Source: Phoronis australis | Taxonomy: Eukaryota > Animalia > Phoronida | Length of the DNA stretch: 64,000 nt | Reading direction: 5' to 3' | NCBI GenBank assembly: GCA_002633005.1 | Contig: NMRA01000135.1 | Location: forward strand, 661,992 to 725,991 | Part shown: positions 24,433 through 51,225 of the stretch, piece by piece | Position numbering within the stretch: position 1 is the first letter of the stretch | Layout: each line of letters begins with the position of its first letter | Program-made: the position numbers and the translations under genes | The notes under the pieces: model-generated | What the model was told of the DNA's origin: nothing | Database searches by the model: none | The model's input: the letters and a program-made list of their open reading frames with translations, nothing else

Positions 24433-26801
24433 GAAAGTCGTTGTATTTGTTGGTTTACTGTAATGAATGATGTGCGAACGGTGGTTCGAGGGTGAAAACT
24501 GGACATGATGTGTTGTCGTGCACTACAGGTTTATTCACACTCGACAGTTTTTCTGTTTGATTAGGTTTAAAACACGTCTACACAAGTCCACTTGTCTTTT
24601 CCACAAGATGAGCAAAACCTGAGAATATACAGAGTACTGTGTGTGTCAATTGACCTTACAAACCTAATTGTCAGTAAAAAGCCAACCGTTGAACTGAATA
24701 AACAGTGAATTTTCCATTCTTTTCACCATCACTACCCCATTACGGTGACCGCAAGTGGAGCCGACTTTGAACAACGAATAAAACTAAAGCACTGGGTCAA
24801 CGACGGGGAACAACGCACTCATTGTTCAAAGTCAGTACAGCGCAACTCATTTTCTCCCTCGCTGAAGTCATGGAATGTATTTAGGTAAAACACTTATACA
24901 CAACCGGACGAAGTTACTTAGTAGACTTGCAGTTCGATGTTTCGATGGTCCGTAACTCAAATCAACGCAGTGTTCAAATGGCACACACGAAGAACGCATC
25001 GGGAAAAACAGACTGAATTGAAGTATTGTTCAACTTAGTGGGGCTCTGCCACTGAAGCAAAAGTCTAACTGTTCACCAGAAATTTTAAGATTTTAAATTT
25101 CTGTTGATGTAATATAGAGGTGGAGAATTAAGATGTATCGTTTCAGGTAGGAGCCAAAAGAACAAAACAAAGTACGGGATTTGATTTGTTACAGCTTTAT
25201 GTTAAGCCAAAAAAGCAAAGTTGGTTCAGGTTTGTGTTGTTTTGAAAATCAAATATTATGTTCCAGTTTGAATTGGCAATTACGGCTTGACCTAATAACC
25301 CCTTCAAAAGCACATTTCGTTTTTGCTTACGACAAACGAAATTTTCGGATTATTGGTAAATGGGATTCTTGAAGTTATTAGCTTTGACAAATCTTCGTGT
25401 TTTCACCGTTGTTGACCTCTCTGGCACGTCACCTGGTGGGAAGTTTGGAACTGCCATTCCAAACATGCTAGTACTCGTGCCATTGAAGTTGTAAACAGAA
25501 ATTCTCCCATCTCACTCGTCTCAGATCGTGCTTTCCATCCTGATGATCACCCGTTTAGATTGTCCTCCACTTTTTCAGGCCTCGACTCTGTATTCGAAAA
25601 ACTGCTTGTGGAAAACAGATACATCAAAATGTGATTGATCTTACGTTGTTTTTCTTTTCTCTTTTACATTTACCAGTAACTACAAAAACAACTCAAGATT
25701 GGAAACACCTTTTTGAAAAATAATTGACTAAAAATTTCGATTTCTGGTTCAAAACTTCATTTCATAGTAGGTAAAGAGGAGGCAAGAATTTTAATGGGCG
25801 TATTTGCTTTGCCAGTCCAAAGGACATTGAACTTAGTTTCTGCCTACTACGAACACCACTCCTCAATGTAAAGTACAGTCAGGTACTATATACGTTAAAA
25901 GAGGCCGGTATTTGACTACATTTGCTGGAAGACAATACAGTGCGAGACATGCCAGTCTCGCAGAAGCAGCTGTATTCTACATGGCAAGGAAACTTAGCAG
26001 CCTCTGCCAAATTCTGGTCGCACAGCAATCGACTCCACACTCTACTATGATGGGAATAGCATCAAGATAACTCGATTGAGGACTTTGTTCAATTCACACA
26101 AGCAAAACATACATTTTTGAATAAACAGTACGTGTGAACTTCAGGAATGGTAATAAAGACACATTGCGTGTATGTACTACGTAGTATTATCACCATCACA
26201 TTTGTGTACCCGGAAACTTTCAACAAAAAATGAAATACGATGTTTAATAACAAAAAATGATGACAATAACAACTGATACTTAAAAAGCATCGATAACAGC
26301 ACCCCTTTTACGTGATATTTTGGTTTCCTATCACCAGGCAACTTCCGTTTCCAACGCAAACATAGCGAAAGCCGATTCCTGTACAGTAGCTGGTATCTGT
26401 GCAAAGCAAGGTAGTTCCAATTTCTCACATCCCCCTTTTCCATCCTGATGACAACCAGTCTCGCTATTCCGGAGACCGATGATCACACGTCACGGGCGTG
26501 TCGCAAGTGTTTTAAAATGTTTTGGTACATGTATAACAAATGTGGGACTTGTTAGCCTCGTGAGTAGCCAGGATCTGCGTTTTCATAACTCCCACCGTCA
26601 GTGAATCGAAAACTGTCGACATCTTATCACTAAAGATTTGTACTGTAACTAATCATATTCTCCAGTGACCAGCATGTCATTCATCCAGATCGTTTTACAT
26701 TAATTGTGTAGTAGTATTTTTTACAATAGCGACAAGTTCATTACCCAGGACTTCAGCCCCAATTGGTCTGAAATCTGTCATTTCAGAATGAATTTTAATA
26801 A

Positions 26802-27035
26802 CAAGGCTTGGAACGACCAATGACAAAAAGAATACAATTTTCCAGGAGACATCATTCTACAAATAGGCTTGTGTGACAGAAATGTTATTTGTGTTACAAA
26901 ATTTAAATTCAAAAACGTTTTTGCATGAATAAAGTGAAAATAATTAAAATGACGAAGAGAAAACTGGAACTCAAATAAGAAGATATCGAAACCAAAACAG
27001 AGGAAATCTCGTTAAGTGGAAAATTCCAAGCCCTA
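26802..27035. mobile_element. Older copy of the CAGGGCTTGGAAT MITE family
   Basis: CAAGGCTTGGAACGACCAATG..GGAAAATTCCAAGCCCTA, with flanks TAATAA/TTATAA (6-bp TSD, 1 mismatch). Shares its ends with 29436-29938. Confidence 0.7.
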
Positions 27036-27537
27036 TTATAATAAAGCTGCACTTCGTCCCCAATAGTCAATATTGAATTCTTAACCAACGAAGCGTTTCA
27101 ATGGGATTCAAAAATATCACCACGCTCATCCGCTGACCAAGTCATAAAGGTGTATTATGACACCAACAGAGTGAGGCCAAGATGGTCTGCTAGATAGTAC
27201 CTAATGGAGCTTTAACAAATCAAATAAAAATATACATCTACGCTCGTATTAGTGTTGACGCAGGGTTATTCAACAATTGGTAACCAAAAGCGCGTAGTTT
27301 AACTTAGTCCAAAGGTGGACCTTAAGCTCAAATGAGATTTGAACGCCAGTTCCTATTAATGTCAGGACTTCCGTGTTTCTAGGAGCGGTGTCGGCCACTG
27401 GGAAGGCTTAAATTCAGTCTTGGAGCGAAGTTAACAACTCATATTTACTTGGCAGTAAACAGGTGGATTTAAAAGCGAAGTGTTTCCGCCTCGCTGCAGC
27501 GGGAATGTCAAGCCGCGTCGTCTCACTATTGCTGCTG

Positions 27538-27766
27538 TGCGTGAACTTGGAATCTTGCTTAACCTCAAGATCACGTATGCCTGTACTTGGAATACATGAT
27601 GAAACTTAGCAAGTTACCCTAAAGGAGAAAATGAGTGATCATAAGTCCAATAATTACAAAAATTCTTTGCACTGAACAAAAAATTTCAACTGATTCCCAA
27701 ATTTATGTTAAATTCCAAGTTCAGCATACGCGTTCTTGAGATTAAGCAGGATTCGGAGTTCACGCA
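27538..27766. mobile_element. MITE-like foldback with ~55-bp imperfect inverted repeats
   Basis: TGCGTGAACTTGGAATCTTGCTTAACCTCAAGA..GGAAT pairs with ATTCCAAG..TCTTGAGATTAAGCAGGATTCGGAGTTCACGCA. Confidence 0.65.
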
Positions 27767-28634
27767 AAGCATTGCAACTTATAGAGGTCTATAGTTGCGA
27801 CATCTTGCGATGACGAGAGCGCCACCTATAGTCAGAACTCCAATGACAGTTTACCACAACTATGGAAACAATGATGGTGCATTCCGTTATTCAGTTTTCA
27901 ATGCGCGAAACAAAATTTTAACATGGTTTTCTTCAATATCCTTTGAAAACATCCCACTTCAAATTACAATCGAATTCCTTTCAACATCTAATTTTCAGTT
28001 TGTAGAACGAAAATTGAAAATTCAATACTATACCATCTGGTAAACACCATTCCTCCACTGGAAATTCCATAGGTAAATAAGGAAGTTCCAAATATCTTAC
28101 CCACAAGATGCATGTCCAAAAGCAGTTCGAAGTACAGAGGCCAGGCCCTAAGGTATCTACCTCACCTTTTGTGAGCACTGCTCGTGTTTACGAATCAGTG
28201 AACTGAGTTTACAGATCCACCACCCACTAACACCATCCAGCCCTGTTGTTCAGCTACACCGGAGCCTTGATAATGCAACCACAATGAAAGTTTTGCTTAA
28301 CAGCACATCATTAACAGCTGCTTTACAATGGCCCTGACCACTGGAACCCGTGTCAATAAGTCGAGAAAAATGTGTCGATTGTTCGACTCCTCTAAAAAAT
28401 TGCAGCAGCAACTTCACACATTGTATCACTGTACTGGTGTGTGGAAGCTTCTTCATTTTAAGTACAGGAAACGAAATATTCCGTTTTTAATTATTACAAA
28501 AAAACATTTATTCACAATACAAAAGAAGTGTGTTCAATACAACAGGTTAACCCTCTCCACGGGGTCTCCAACTCATACGAGGTCCTGCAGTCTTCACCTC
28601 CTATACACATTTTAAACAGTGTTCGTGGCACTTC

Positions 28635-31600
28635 CTAACTTTCTACATTTTGAATCACAGTGATATTGTCCCCTTTAAGCATGATCCGTCCTGCAAAAGA
28701 CAGAAAAGAAAACGAATAAGTCGCAATAAACTTGGATTTTAAATAAGAAATTTTCAATGTCAAGTTTGAATCGAATCAATAGCTAACTGGTCTCCTAGCT
28801 CATCACTCAAGAGTTTGAATCATTTCTGGACTAGAAAGAAGTGATCTGGCTGAACACTAGATGGGGGTACTACTGAGACTAACATCCAATGCAATACAGT
28901 GGTACTTGAATGACTTTGCCAGTTCCACCGGATCAACTGGCTACAACATCAGATTAACCTCTATGCAGGAAATGGCCATCGAGAACTAATTGGATGTCTA
29001 AGCTGGACAGAATAGTCAAACCAATGGAGCTCCACCACAGGAAGTCAATTGTCAAAAAAATGTGCTGTGGCAAACAAAAAAAAACAGTTGAACACACTTA
29101 ACTCTGTCCCTGTGAAGTAGTTGTGGGAATCGGACCGATTTTCATGAACAACAATCGGATAGGGCCAAGAAATTGATCATTGATTATAATTGATGATTGG
29201 ACTAAGGAACTGCATTGAAACTCTGCATTGTGTCAACTTCATATAAACCACAGTACCTAATGATTTCCTATTCTTGGTCTTCATGTGAACTTCTTCAGCT
29301 TCATCTAACACCAGGTTCATGTATTCGTCAAAACCCTGAAACGAGGGAGAGCACGGGTCATCGAGGTGAAACACCGACATGTGGTTCTATTCAACTACAG
29401 CCTTTCAACACAACCACCAACGCAGTTGATTTCATCAGGGCTTGGAATGACCAATGGCGAAAAACGCGGAAATTTTTACGGCCCGAAACATGCGCAGCCA
29501 GCCTTGAAAAAGTCGGTGTGGACCTTTTGCCGACCTAAATCGAGAGGACTAAAAAAAAAAAAAAACGGTACCACCTCCGGAAGCGTGCGTCTGCGTCTGT
29601 CTTAGCTCGTCTGCCACTCCCACCTCCAAGCATTTTTGGCTACAGAGTCGTAGTATTTGTCACCGCGGTTTACAATCACACGAGCCGCCATTGAGGAAAT
29701 CCACCATGCTATCCCAGATGCCCCGGCAATGTTGACAATTTACGTTCCTCCGAAACATAAAGAGCAACTTCCGCTTTTCGAGGTGAAAGTCGTCGGCAAC
29801 GCGGCGGTAAGAAAGACATTTGCCGCGGAAATTTTATATCAAATCCGATTCTTTTTACGCGAAAATATAATAAAATACGCGGAAAGAACATTTGAAAAAA
29901 GCGGAAATCCGCGTTTCCGCGGAAAATTCCAAGCCCTGTTTCATGCACAGCGCTGATGACGTTTTTGCAAAAGATGTCAGCTCGTATACATCCGGTGATA
30001 TCATATAATGTGGTGGTGGGCAAACACTTAAGTTGGAAACCAACACTTGCCACTTGCGTGCACAGAATTGAAAGCATATGTTCACTACAACATGTATTTT
30101 GGTGCGATTAAGATGAAGCGAGTTACCCATTCACAAGGTATCTGTGAATTGTGATGTCAACAGCTGTTTTGTGATTAAAGCCTGACCTAATTAGCACCAT
30201 GTGGCTCACTCCATAAACTTGATGACAAACAAATAACACTCTGCGCCTATGTAACACAATCCCTGAATTCAATGCCAAGAGATTTGTTAGCGGACTAAAC
30301 TGGGTTACAAAAGAATGGTGATGCTGTTGTTTCAAAGGTACTTGTAGCCAAGACAGAGTCAGAATAAGTCTACTGCACATGTGACCCTGCATTCTTAGGG
30401 CGAAACGCTTTAACACCGGGTGTTAAGGCTATGGACGTCTTTATCGACTTGTCTGTACATTTAGCCAAACACCTACAAAAGTACAGGATTTTACGTTTTG
30501 AAAATGTTTCCGAGAACAGAGCGAGTAAAGCTTATTAGCATAATATGTGATTCACGTGAATCCATTCAGCCACTTCTGAGATACAGTGTTCTTAAGTTTG
30601 CAGAATTGAACACTTTTCTTAGCTTGGCCGTAACTCATACTCATATCCTAATGACCATCTCCACAAACCACTGTGAGCCAGTAAAACCCAAATTAAATAT
30701 GACTGTACTATCTATCAAACTAGTAAGGGCTGTTCCAGCAAAATCTGTATGGGGGGAGGCACTTTTATTTCGTACCCACCACCCATATTTTTCATTTATT
30801 TCTCCAACCCATGACCCATAATTTTTTAATTATTTTTAATAGGTTAAAATATAAAATCCAACACTTGCAAACAAATTGCCTCCAGGAGGACCTGTTAAGA
30901 ACTTAGATGATTGACAGCCAAGAACTAGTTGTCTTGTCCAATATTGTCAAAAACTAAAGTAGCCTGTGAGCAATACTTTTGGCACCCACCAGGTGTTTCT
31001 GTTCACCATGTGTCCAAAATTTCAATGAACATTTTTTCAATTATAAGGATCTATGAATCTCAAACTGTCTCCACGAACTCTTTTATACTTCTATGTCAAG
31101 TGAATATTGGAGCTTGTTTATCTTACTCCTCATACTTTTTATTTAAAAATCATCAATTTTCTTATATTTGTTAACACCAGTTTAGTGTTGCATAACTTTT
31201 CAATTCAATAGGACTGCAGACCAACAGTTGGCTCAAATCAAGTTGCCCCTGACTTCATTAAAGGCTTAGTGAACATATTGCACTCTGTTCACTGGCAATA
31301 TGGGCTTTTTTGTGTTGGGATAAGTTAGGATAAATGCCAATTGCATTTTTTTGAGTTTTGACAGCTGAAGTAACCAACCTGTCAACATTAACAGGTAAAA
31401 AATACCACCCATTTTTAATGCATCACTTCTTACAGGAACGACCACCCATAATTTGAGTTTTTTTCTGAAGACCACCACCCATGAATTTTTATTTCTACTG
31501 CTGTCCCCCCCTCCCACACAGATTTTACTGGAACAGCCCTAATCCATTTGACTGGCCGTAATGATCCCATATCTACTTACCACAATGCAACCTTCTATGC

Positions 31601-34388
31601 GCATGTTAGTCTGCTCATACAACCAGATCTGTACTCGGGATCTCTGTAGAAACACGGATGAAAAATATTTGACATGTGCCTAAGTCACACCGCATTGTCT
31701 CTATGGCTTTTGCCAGTTTTCGAATCGGAAAGCAGACTATCTTCAATTTGACATTCTTTGGGTGTACGTTAGATTGCAACAATTTACATTGATAATGGAC
31801 ATAAATTATGGTCATTCAGACCAAAAGTGCAATCTTAAGCTTACTCCGTAGCAGACTAACTTTCGGTCTTAGCTTAGACCAAGTTAGGTCTTAATTTTGG
31901 TTTTAAGAGATTTCATGGAACGGAACCAAGACATTTCACTCTAAGTTAAGACAAAAAATTTCATGAAACTGGTCCCACAGTGCTTGGTTGTGCCTCAAGA
32001 AATGTGTACTCAACTATAGGCTGAACAGGCCCCTACAAAATGCAGAACTTGAAACTGCCACGGTTACAAGAAATGCTGCATGACATTTCCTTTTAGAGTT
32101 CAAGAATAGACCATACATAGTGATCAAACTTCAGACATGGCCACGGAATTCAGTAGCACCGTGATGGAATCTGGTGCCTGTAGGTTACAGTGTAACAATA
32201 TACATCATTTCAAGCGTGGGTGTGAAGTTTAGAAGAGCAGCTTTGGGGATTTGTACCTTGGATTTTGGTGTGTATTGGACCATGACTGAGGTTTAGAGGA
32301 TCATAGCTGTAACTGAGTTGAGGCCATAGAAATGTCTCCACTCCCTGGATATGCAACCACACAAGTACTTTATAGCGGTATTTACTTCAACCAAACACTG
32401 CCGAACCTGGTTTCATCCCAGACAATACTAAACAGTTAAAATAATAACATGAGCAATTATTGTAACAAGAAACAAATGAAGAAGAACAAGCATACTTACA
32501 TTTTGGAGGTACCTGAAGATTAAGTTCTGGTACGGAAAGTTAAGGAAACCAAGACATTCTTCTTGTCTAAGGATTTACCAAAAATTAACGACAGAATGAA
32601 AAAGGATTAAGGTGCTTGTGCCATCTGATAGTGTATGTTCTTCCAAGGAAAATTAACCACCTCAGTTGCCACCATGATCACCATCCCTCATTATGGACTG
32701 CTTGGAGCAGACTTTGTGGTTTTACATCAGCATTCCATGCATAGCTAAACACTAAATCCCATTTGGCGACCTGGCAAAAATCGCAGGTCGCCAAACGAAA
32801 CCTGAGGTCGCCAAAACTGAAAATCCGAGGCGACTAAATGAAACCTGAGGGTTGGTGATCCCAGGTGAATATTGTCGACTAAAAAAGGCGTACTGTTGTA
32901 ACCATGGCCCATATATTACCACACTCATTTCCTCCTGCCAACGAACGATCATAGATGACCACACGAACTGATGGCACAAATTTCACCAATCTTGCCAGAT
33001 TTTTGCTGAACAATTCGGAGTTCTATCGGTTTACTTCCCGTTGTCCTTTAAACGCGTGTTTCATGTGAGCTGACTGCTGTTGTGGCAAATGCACTGCTTT
33101 CATGATATAAATAGAACAAATCAAAGGTAGAAAATCAACTGTTTAATAATAATTTAAATTTTAGAAGTCAAGACGAAATTTGAAATGAATTTAGAGGGAA
33201 TTATTGTCTGTCTTTTGATACTAACAATGGTGACTTCATGGCAACTTGAAATTTTTCCTAGGTCGTAAAACACAATCTGAGATAGCATTGGTGACCTGCA
33301 TGTCGCCAAACGGAACGCTGGACATAGACAAGCCCAAGTAGCAGGGGTGTCACGTAGCGAACTGCCGCAGTGCTAAATTTGGCAACCTGCAGCTCACCAA
33401 CTGTGACTTCAGATTGTGTTTGGCGACTTGGGAAAAAAATCTCTAGTCTCCACAGGGAGTATCATCAGATAATAATTCACTCGAAATACGTTTCAAAATT
33501 TGTGGTAACATTCAAACTTTAATAACAGTTTTTTTTCTTCAAGATTTAATACCTTTATTTCGTTAAATCAGTGCATTTGCGACCTACAGTGAGCACATAT
33601 ATGTAATTTTAATATATAAAAATAATTGCAGGCGGTCTGATACACGTTGTACCAGACGTGCGCAGGCCTCGCATGTGGGCCCATTGCACTGATCACCTGG
33701 AAATATTTTTATGCTTTATTGATATATGGTTAAAACCGAGCTGAGGAGCTAGAAACCTGGCTCAAGGGTTTAGCAGTGTGACATGGTGGGACTTGAACCC
33801 ACGACCTCGAGTAAAGAAAGCGGGCACTTATCAACCAGGCCACACTGCCTCCTCCGCACATATGTAACATGCGGTTACAGTACAACAGGAAGTAAACAGA
33901 CAATAATCGGACTTCTTTGCCAAAAATCGGGCAAGGTCATACCATGAAACATGCACGTCCAATGTTTCTGAGTGCGAGTTCTCCACTGGTAAGAAGAATT
34001 CATATTCACGGGATAAATGAAGAGACATGCATAATTTCATTATAATGTCAACATCAACAATGGCACGTTTTTTTGTCCTTCTTTCCGAAATCAGTTTTGG
34101 CGACCATTTTCACTCTGCAAATTTTTGCAAAGTCGCACTGGTCAAGTTGGCCTTAAACTAAGCGTCGAGCACTGTCAGGGCTTCACACTCAATATTTAGC
34201 TTCACTCAGGCCTCCAGCACGTAGCTGACTTTATATAAAGCGCTAACACGGCTAACAGTCAAGTTCCTGGCACTGGTCTCACACACACACCGCACATTGC
34301 ACTAGAAAATTATAAACCACGCATACACCAAAAAGGATACAATAGGTTGCACCATAACCTTCTGTACTTTTCCTCCCTTGTAAGCCAT
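28635..34388 (-). CDS. SNRPE: Small nuclear ribonucleoprotein E (SmE), 90 aa, 5 exons
   Basis: Exons 34388-34341 ([16 protein letters not shown]), 32526-32500 (NLIFRYLQN), 31643-31581 ([21 protein letters not shown]), 29335-29257 ([19 protein letters not shown]) and 28690-28635 ([18 protein letters not shown]); total 273 nt. AATAAA on - near 28507-28512. Confidence 0.98.
29436..29938. mobile_element. 503-bp non-autonomous hAT-like element with 6-bp TSD in SNRPE intron 3
   Basis: Perfect 13-bp TIR CAGGGCTTGGAAT / ATTCCAAGCCCTG, with TTTCAT duplicated at 29430-29435 and 29939-29944. The interior is CpG-rich with repeated (C)GCGGAAA motifs. Confidence 0.85.
30727..31539. mobile_element. PIF/Harbinger (Tourist-like) MITE
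   Basis: ~30-bp TIR GGGCTGTTCCAGCAAAATCTGT..GGGGGGAGG / CCTCCCACACAGATTTTACTGGAACAGCCC, flanked by TAA on both sides. Confidence 0.8.
33190..33500. repeat. Foldback repeat built from TTGGCGAC/GTCGCCAA motifs
   Basis: ~33250-33310 pairs in inverted orientation with ~33378-33440. The same motifs occur at 32760-32880. Confidence 0.5.
33730..33852 (-). mobile_element. tRNA-derived SINE fragment
   Basis: The - strand has an A-box-like TGGCCTGGTTGA and B-box GGTTCAAGTCCC, followed by a CCTTGAGCCAGG core-like segment. It does not fold as a complete tRNA. Confidence 0.6.
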
Positions 34389-34800
34389 CTTTTTATGAGT
34401 TAAAACCCAAACAATGGAATTTCGGCAAACTACTTGCCGTAGACAAAAATAAGCCAATACACCAATATGGCGGAAAACGCATGGATAGTGATTACCAGGT
34501 CTACTAAAAAGATTTTTCAAACAAAATGATTAGCTACAAAAACTTTAAATACTACATATTCTACAGTAATATAACAAAATAAACCATTTATTGAATATTT
34601 AGAAGTCTTATTGCTAAAAAATCTGTGTTATTGTTGATTAAACAAGGGAATCATAAGAGTTGTTCTTATTGAATATCAGTATGTGTAGACATGTTATCAA
34701 TCTCACATTGTTGGCCCTCTGTCGGCGGGTATTTGTTTTGAATTTTTCTGAAGAATTGAGCAGTCGACACTGGCGTAGCGGTGGAGTACAATGGTTCGTA
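34389..34800. promoter_or_regulatory. Probable bidirectional promoter for SNRPE and CAPS2
   Basis: Divergent genes; YY1-like AATATGGCGG at ~34463-34472. The CAPS2 ATG exon has an upstream acceptor (36173), so a non-coding first exon must lie between it and SNRPE. Confidence 0.5.
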
Positions 34801-36199
34801 ATGAATATACATGCTATTGACCAGTGTTCAAGTGATTAGTGTGGATTTTTGATTCACGTGTGATCCCTGATCTGATTAGCCCTAATTCTGGTTTACGAAA
34901 TCAGGAACCACCCAGACACAGCCATGCCCCGCATGGACACTGTCAGTGTCAGTGTCACCCAGTGACAGACTGACAGTGATAGTGTCACTCAGACACTGGC
35001 CAGACACCTATCATATCCAGGCTCATAAGTCAAAGCACAGGCATAGCCTACCAGCCTTCGTACATGCTGCTGGCTGCGTAGGCCACAGGCTGCCTCACAC
35101 AGTTATGTACTACAGTGTCTGTAGACAAGTACTGTGGTCTCTCAACTGAACTATGAAGCGCATTGGGTTCTTAAATGAGTAGTTTTCTGGCAGTTTGGGC
35201 ATGCCATAGTGCTAGGCGTACAGTGTGTATTAAATAAGAGCTTAGTCATAATTCAGCCATTGATTAAGTAATAGTACTCATTGGATAAGAACATTTCAAC
35301 ATCCAGAAAGGTTTAAGCACCCTTTGGGGCTTCATACTCAACTGGCTCGATAGGCCCTCCATATGCTAGAGGCTTTTCAGCGCATTATGCCTTACGCTGA
35401 TTAAACCATCCTTTTGCGCAGTAGAGGGACACTTTAGGAGGCTGTTGGTGTGTTTAACTCTTTTTAGCTCAAACAAACACGTCAATTTATTGTTACAAAT
35501 AGTCCTTCATTCAGTTGCCCAATTGGCAACTAGTCATTTTCCCACTGCTTGCGCTAGGAAATATGATGTCATAGCACCAGCACTGCTTTCGTATTAAGTC
35601 ATTGGGAGACCAAAATAGGAATTCATCATTTGTAGAAGATGAGATGTATGCTGCACATCTATTTCAATTTACTTGAAGCTTAATTGGCTCATTTTGAGCT
35701 TATGTCTTGGTGGGGCTTATATGGGATACACTTAATTTTCAAAACATGTTGACAATACTTTCCCTCATTAAAAATCAGCGAAAGTTCCATACAAAAATTT
35801 TTGCAAATGAGTTTTCAAATGATATAGTGATGTTCTTGTTTGGTTGCCTTAAGTCCGACAGTGCAGTAAAGTTTTTTTCAATGTAGTACACGATATAGTG
35901 GAACAGTAAAATTTTGTTTCATTTACATTTTCAACAACAGTAAACAAGAAGACAAATTTTCTTGATTATTTTAAAGCTTTATATAGTATGGCTGCCCTCA
36001 AGAAACGCGCGATGAAATTTTGAACATTTATATTGAGCATTTGAAAAATGATGAATGACAAATTGGTCGTTATTTTTGTTTGAATTGAAAGCAACATCAC
36101 TAGTACTGAACTGAACTTTTAAATGAAAAAAGAAAATAAATCTAAATAATGACCTACCTTATTCTCATTTCAGCACTGATTGACTGACCCCGACTAAAT

Positions 36200-49842
<13,643 letters not shown>

Positions 49843-51098
49843 TGATCCAAATGTCGGTGGTGTTGAAAATATTTGGAGTAGCGGCAACAGCAGCAAGTTA
49901 GGATTGTTCAAAATAAAGTCATTCCATGACCACATTTTTAATTATTATTGTCTTCATGAGTTTATTGGTGTTAAAAACATTCCTGTATTCTGATTGGTCA
50001 AGTGAGCCACTGAGTAATTGTTTTAAGAGTGAAATGTATCTGGATGTAATTTAATATTTAATATTGTAATTGCATTTAGATCATGTTTATGAGTCAATGT
50101 TGAGTTCTTAACCAAGAAGCACTTCGGTCTTTAAAACATTATCACACTCCTCTTATCTTGAATTGTTGCCAAATGAGCCGCGGACATTTAGACAATTTTA
50201 TTAAGNCGAGTACCTGATGGTTTTGATTTTCTTGTTAGTAATGGAAACAGATTCCTATCATGTTAAGGAATATTATAAGACCACGTTTATTGGAGTTAGT
50301 CTTAATTAATTTTCATTTTAGCCAGTTAAGTAGTAAAAGAAATGCAGATTTGATAATAGTACATTTCAGGATCATGGTAAATGCATTATGGTCTCCTCTA
50401 GTATTGTGTAAAGTTCCATTTTACACTAATTAGGTAAAGCTTTATTAGCAAACTTTAACTCGAATAAATCAATATAAGAGTGATGCATCTTCCAGCTGAA
50501 TCAATCATTGAACTCCACTCAGTCCTTGGTGCTATTGTGTAAAAATAGGAAGGCTAACTTGGGAGTGTTAAAAAATCAAAGCAAAGGGTTTCGTCCTAAA
50601 GCATGTATCCAAAACTGAATTTTAAAGATGGCAAGGCGTTAATATCGCAGGCTAAGATCCTGGTTTTCAGGTGTTCATTCTGCTAGAGACTTGTGCATTC
50701 GCTGTGACCATGTGTGGTGTACTGCGTTATTTGTGTTGAATGCAGTTTCTATGAGCTTTGGTTAGTTCTTAGACACAAAGCATGTCTTTGCTTTGACTGG
50801 TTTGTGAAACTAGACCTCAGTTTATGTATTTCATTAACTATTAGAATGCTAAAATAATTCTTAAACTGGTGTGGATATGTGTATCACAAACATATTACTT
50901 TATGTCTGGTCAGCACGCCACCTGTGGTCTCATCATGAGACTTGATGAATGTAAGCCTGAAAAGATTTCTGGGACAGACTTAAAAATGTTTAAGATATGC
51001 ACTTCCATGCCATTTTAAGAATAACAACTATTTATATGCACTCAGAGGAGTTCAGATGCCCATTATTATGCCTGACTGGATTTCTGCATTCAACCAGT

Positions 51099-51225
51099 GG
51101 TCCCAATGGCTCAGTGGACTAGAGTGTCTGCACGGTTAGCTGACGGTCCCGAGTTTGAGTGCCAGTTGAGGCAGAAATCTTTTCACACGTATATTCATCA
51201 GGTCATGTGATGTGCTGACCAGACT
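51099..51225 (+). mobile_element. tRNA-derived SINE with an inverted partial copy at 50905-50970
   Basis: A-box TGGCTCAGTGG and degenerate B-box GAGTTTGAGTGCC. The tail CAGAAATCTTTTCA..TTCATCA..GTGCTGACCAGA is the reverse complement of 50905-50970. Confidence 0.6.

Larger units (their letters stand above)
32527..34340 (-). other. U12-type (minor spliceosome) GT-AG intron 1 of SNRPE
   Basis: 5' splice site |GTATCCTTTT at 34340; branch point TTCCTTAAC about 12 nt upstream of the exon 2 start. Confidence 0.95.

Noticed and set aside
29657-29956. 99-aa ORF inside the hAT-like element
   Set aside because: It has a non-ATG start and no transposase motifs, and it runs through the TIR.
33775-33852. 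tRNA gene
   Set aside because: A/B boxes are present, but there is no proper cloverleaf and it continues into a SINE-like body.
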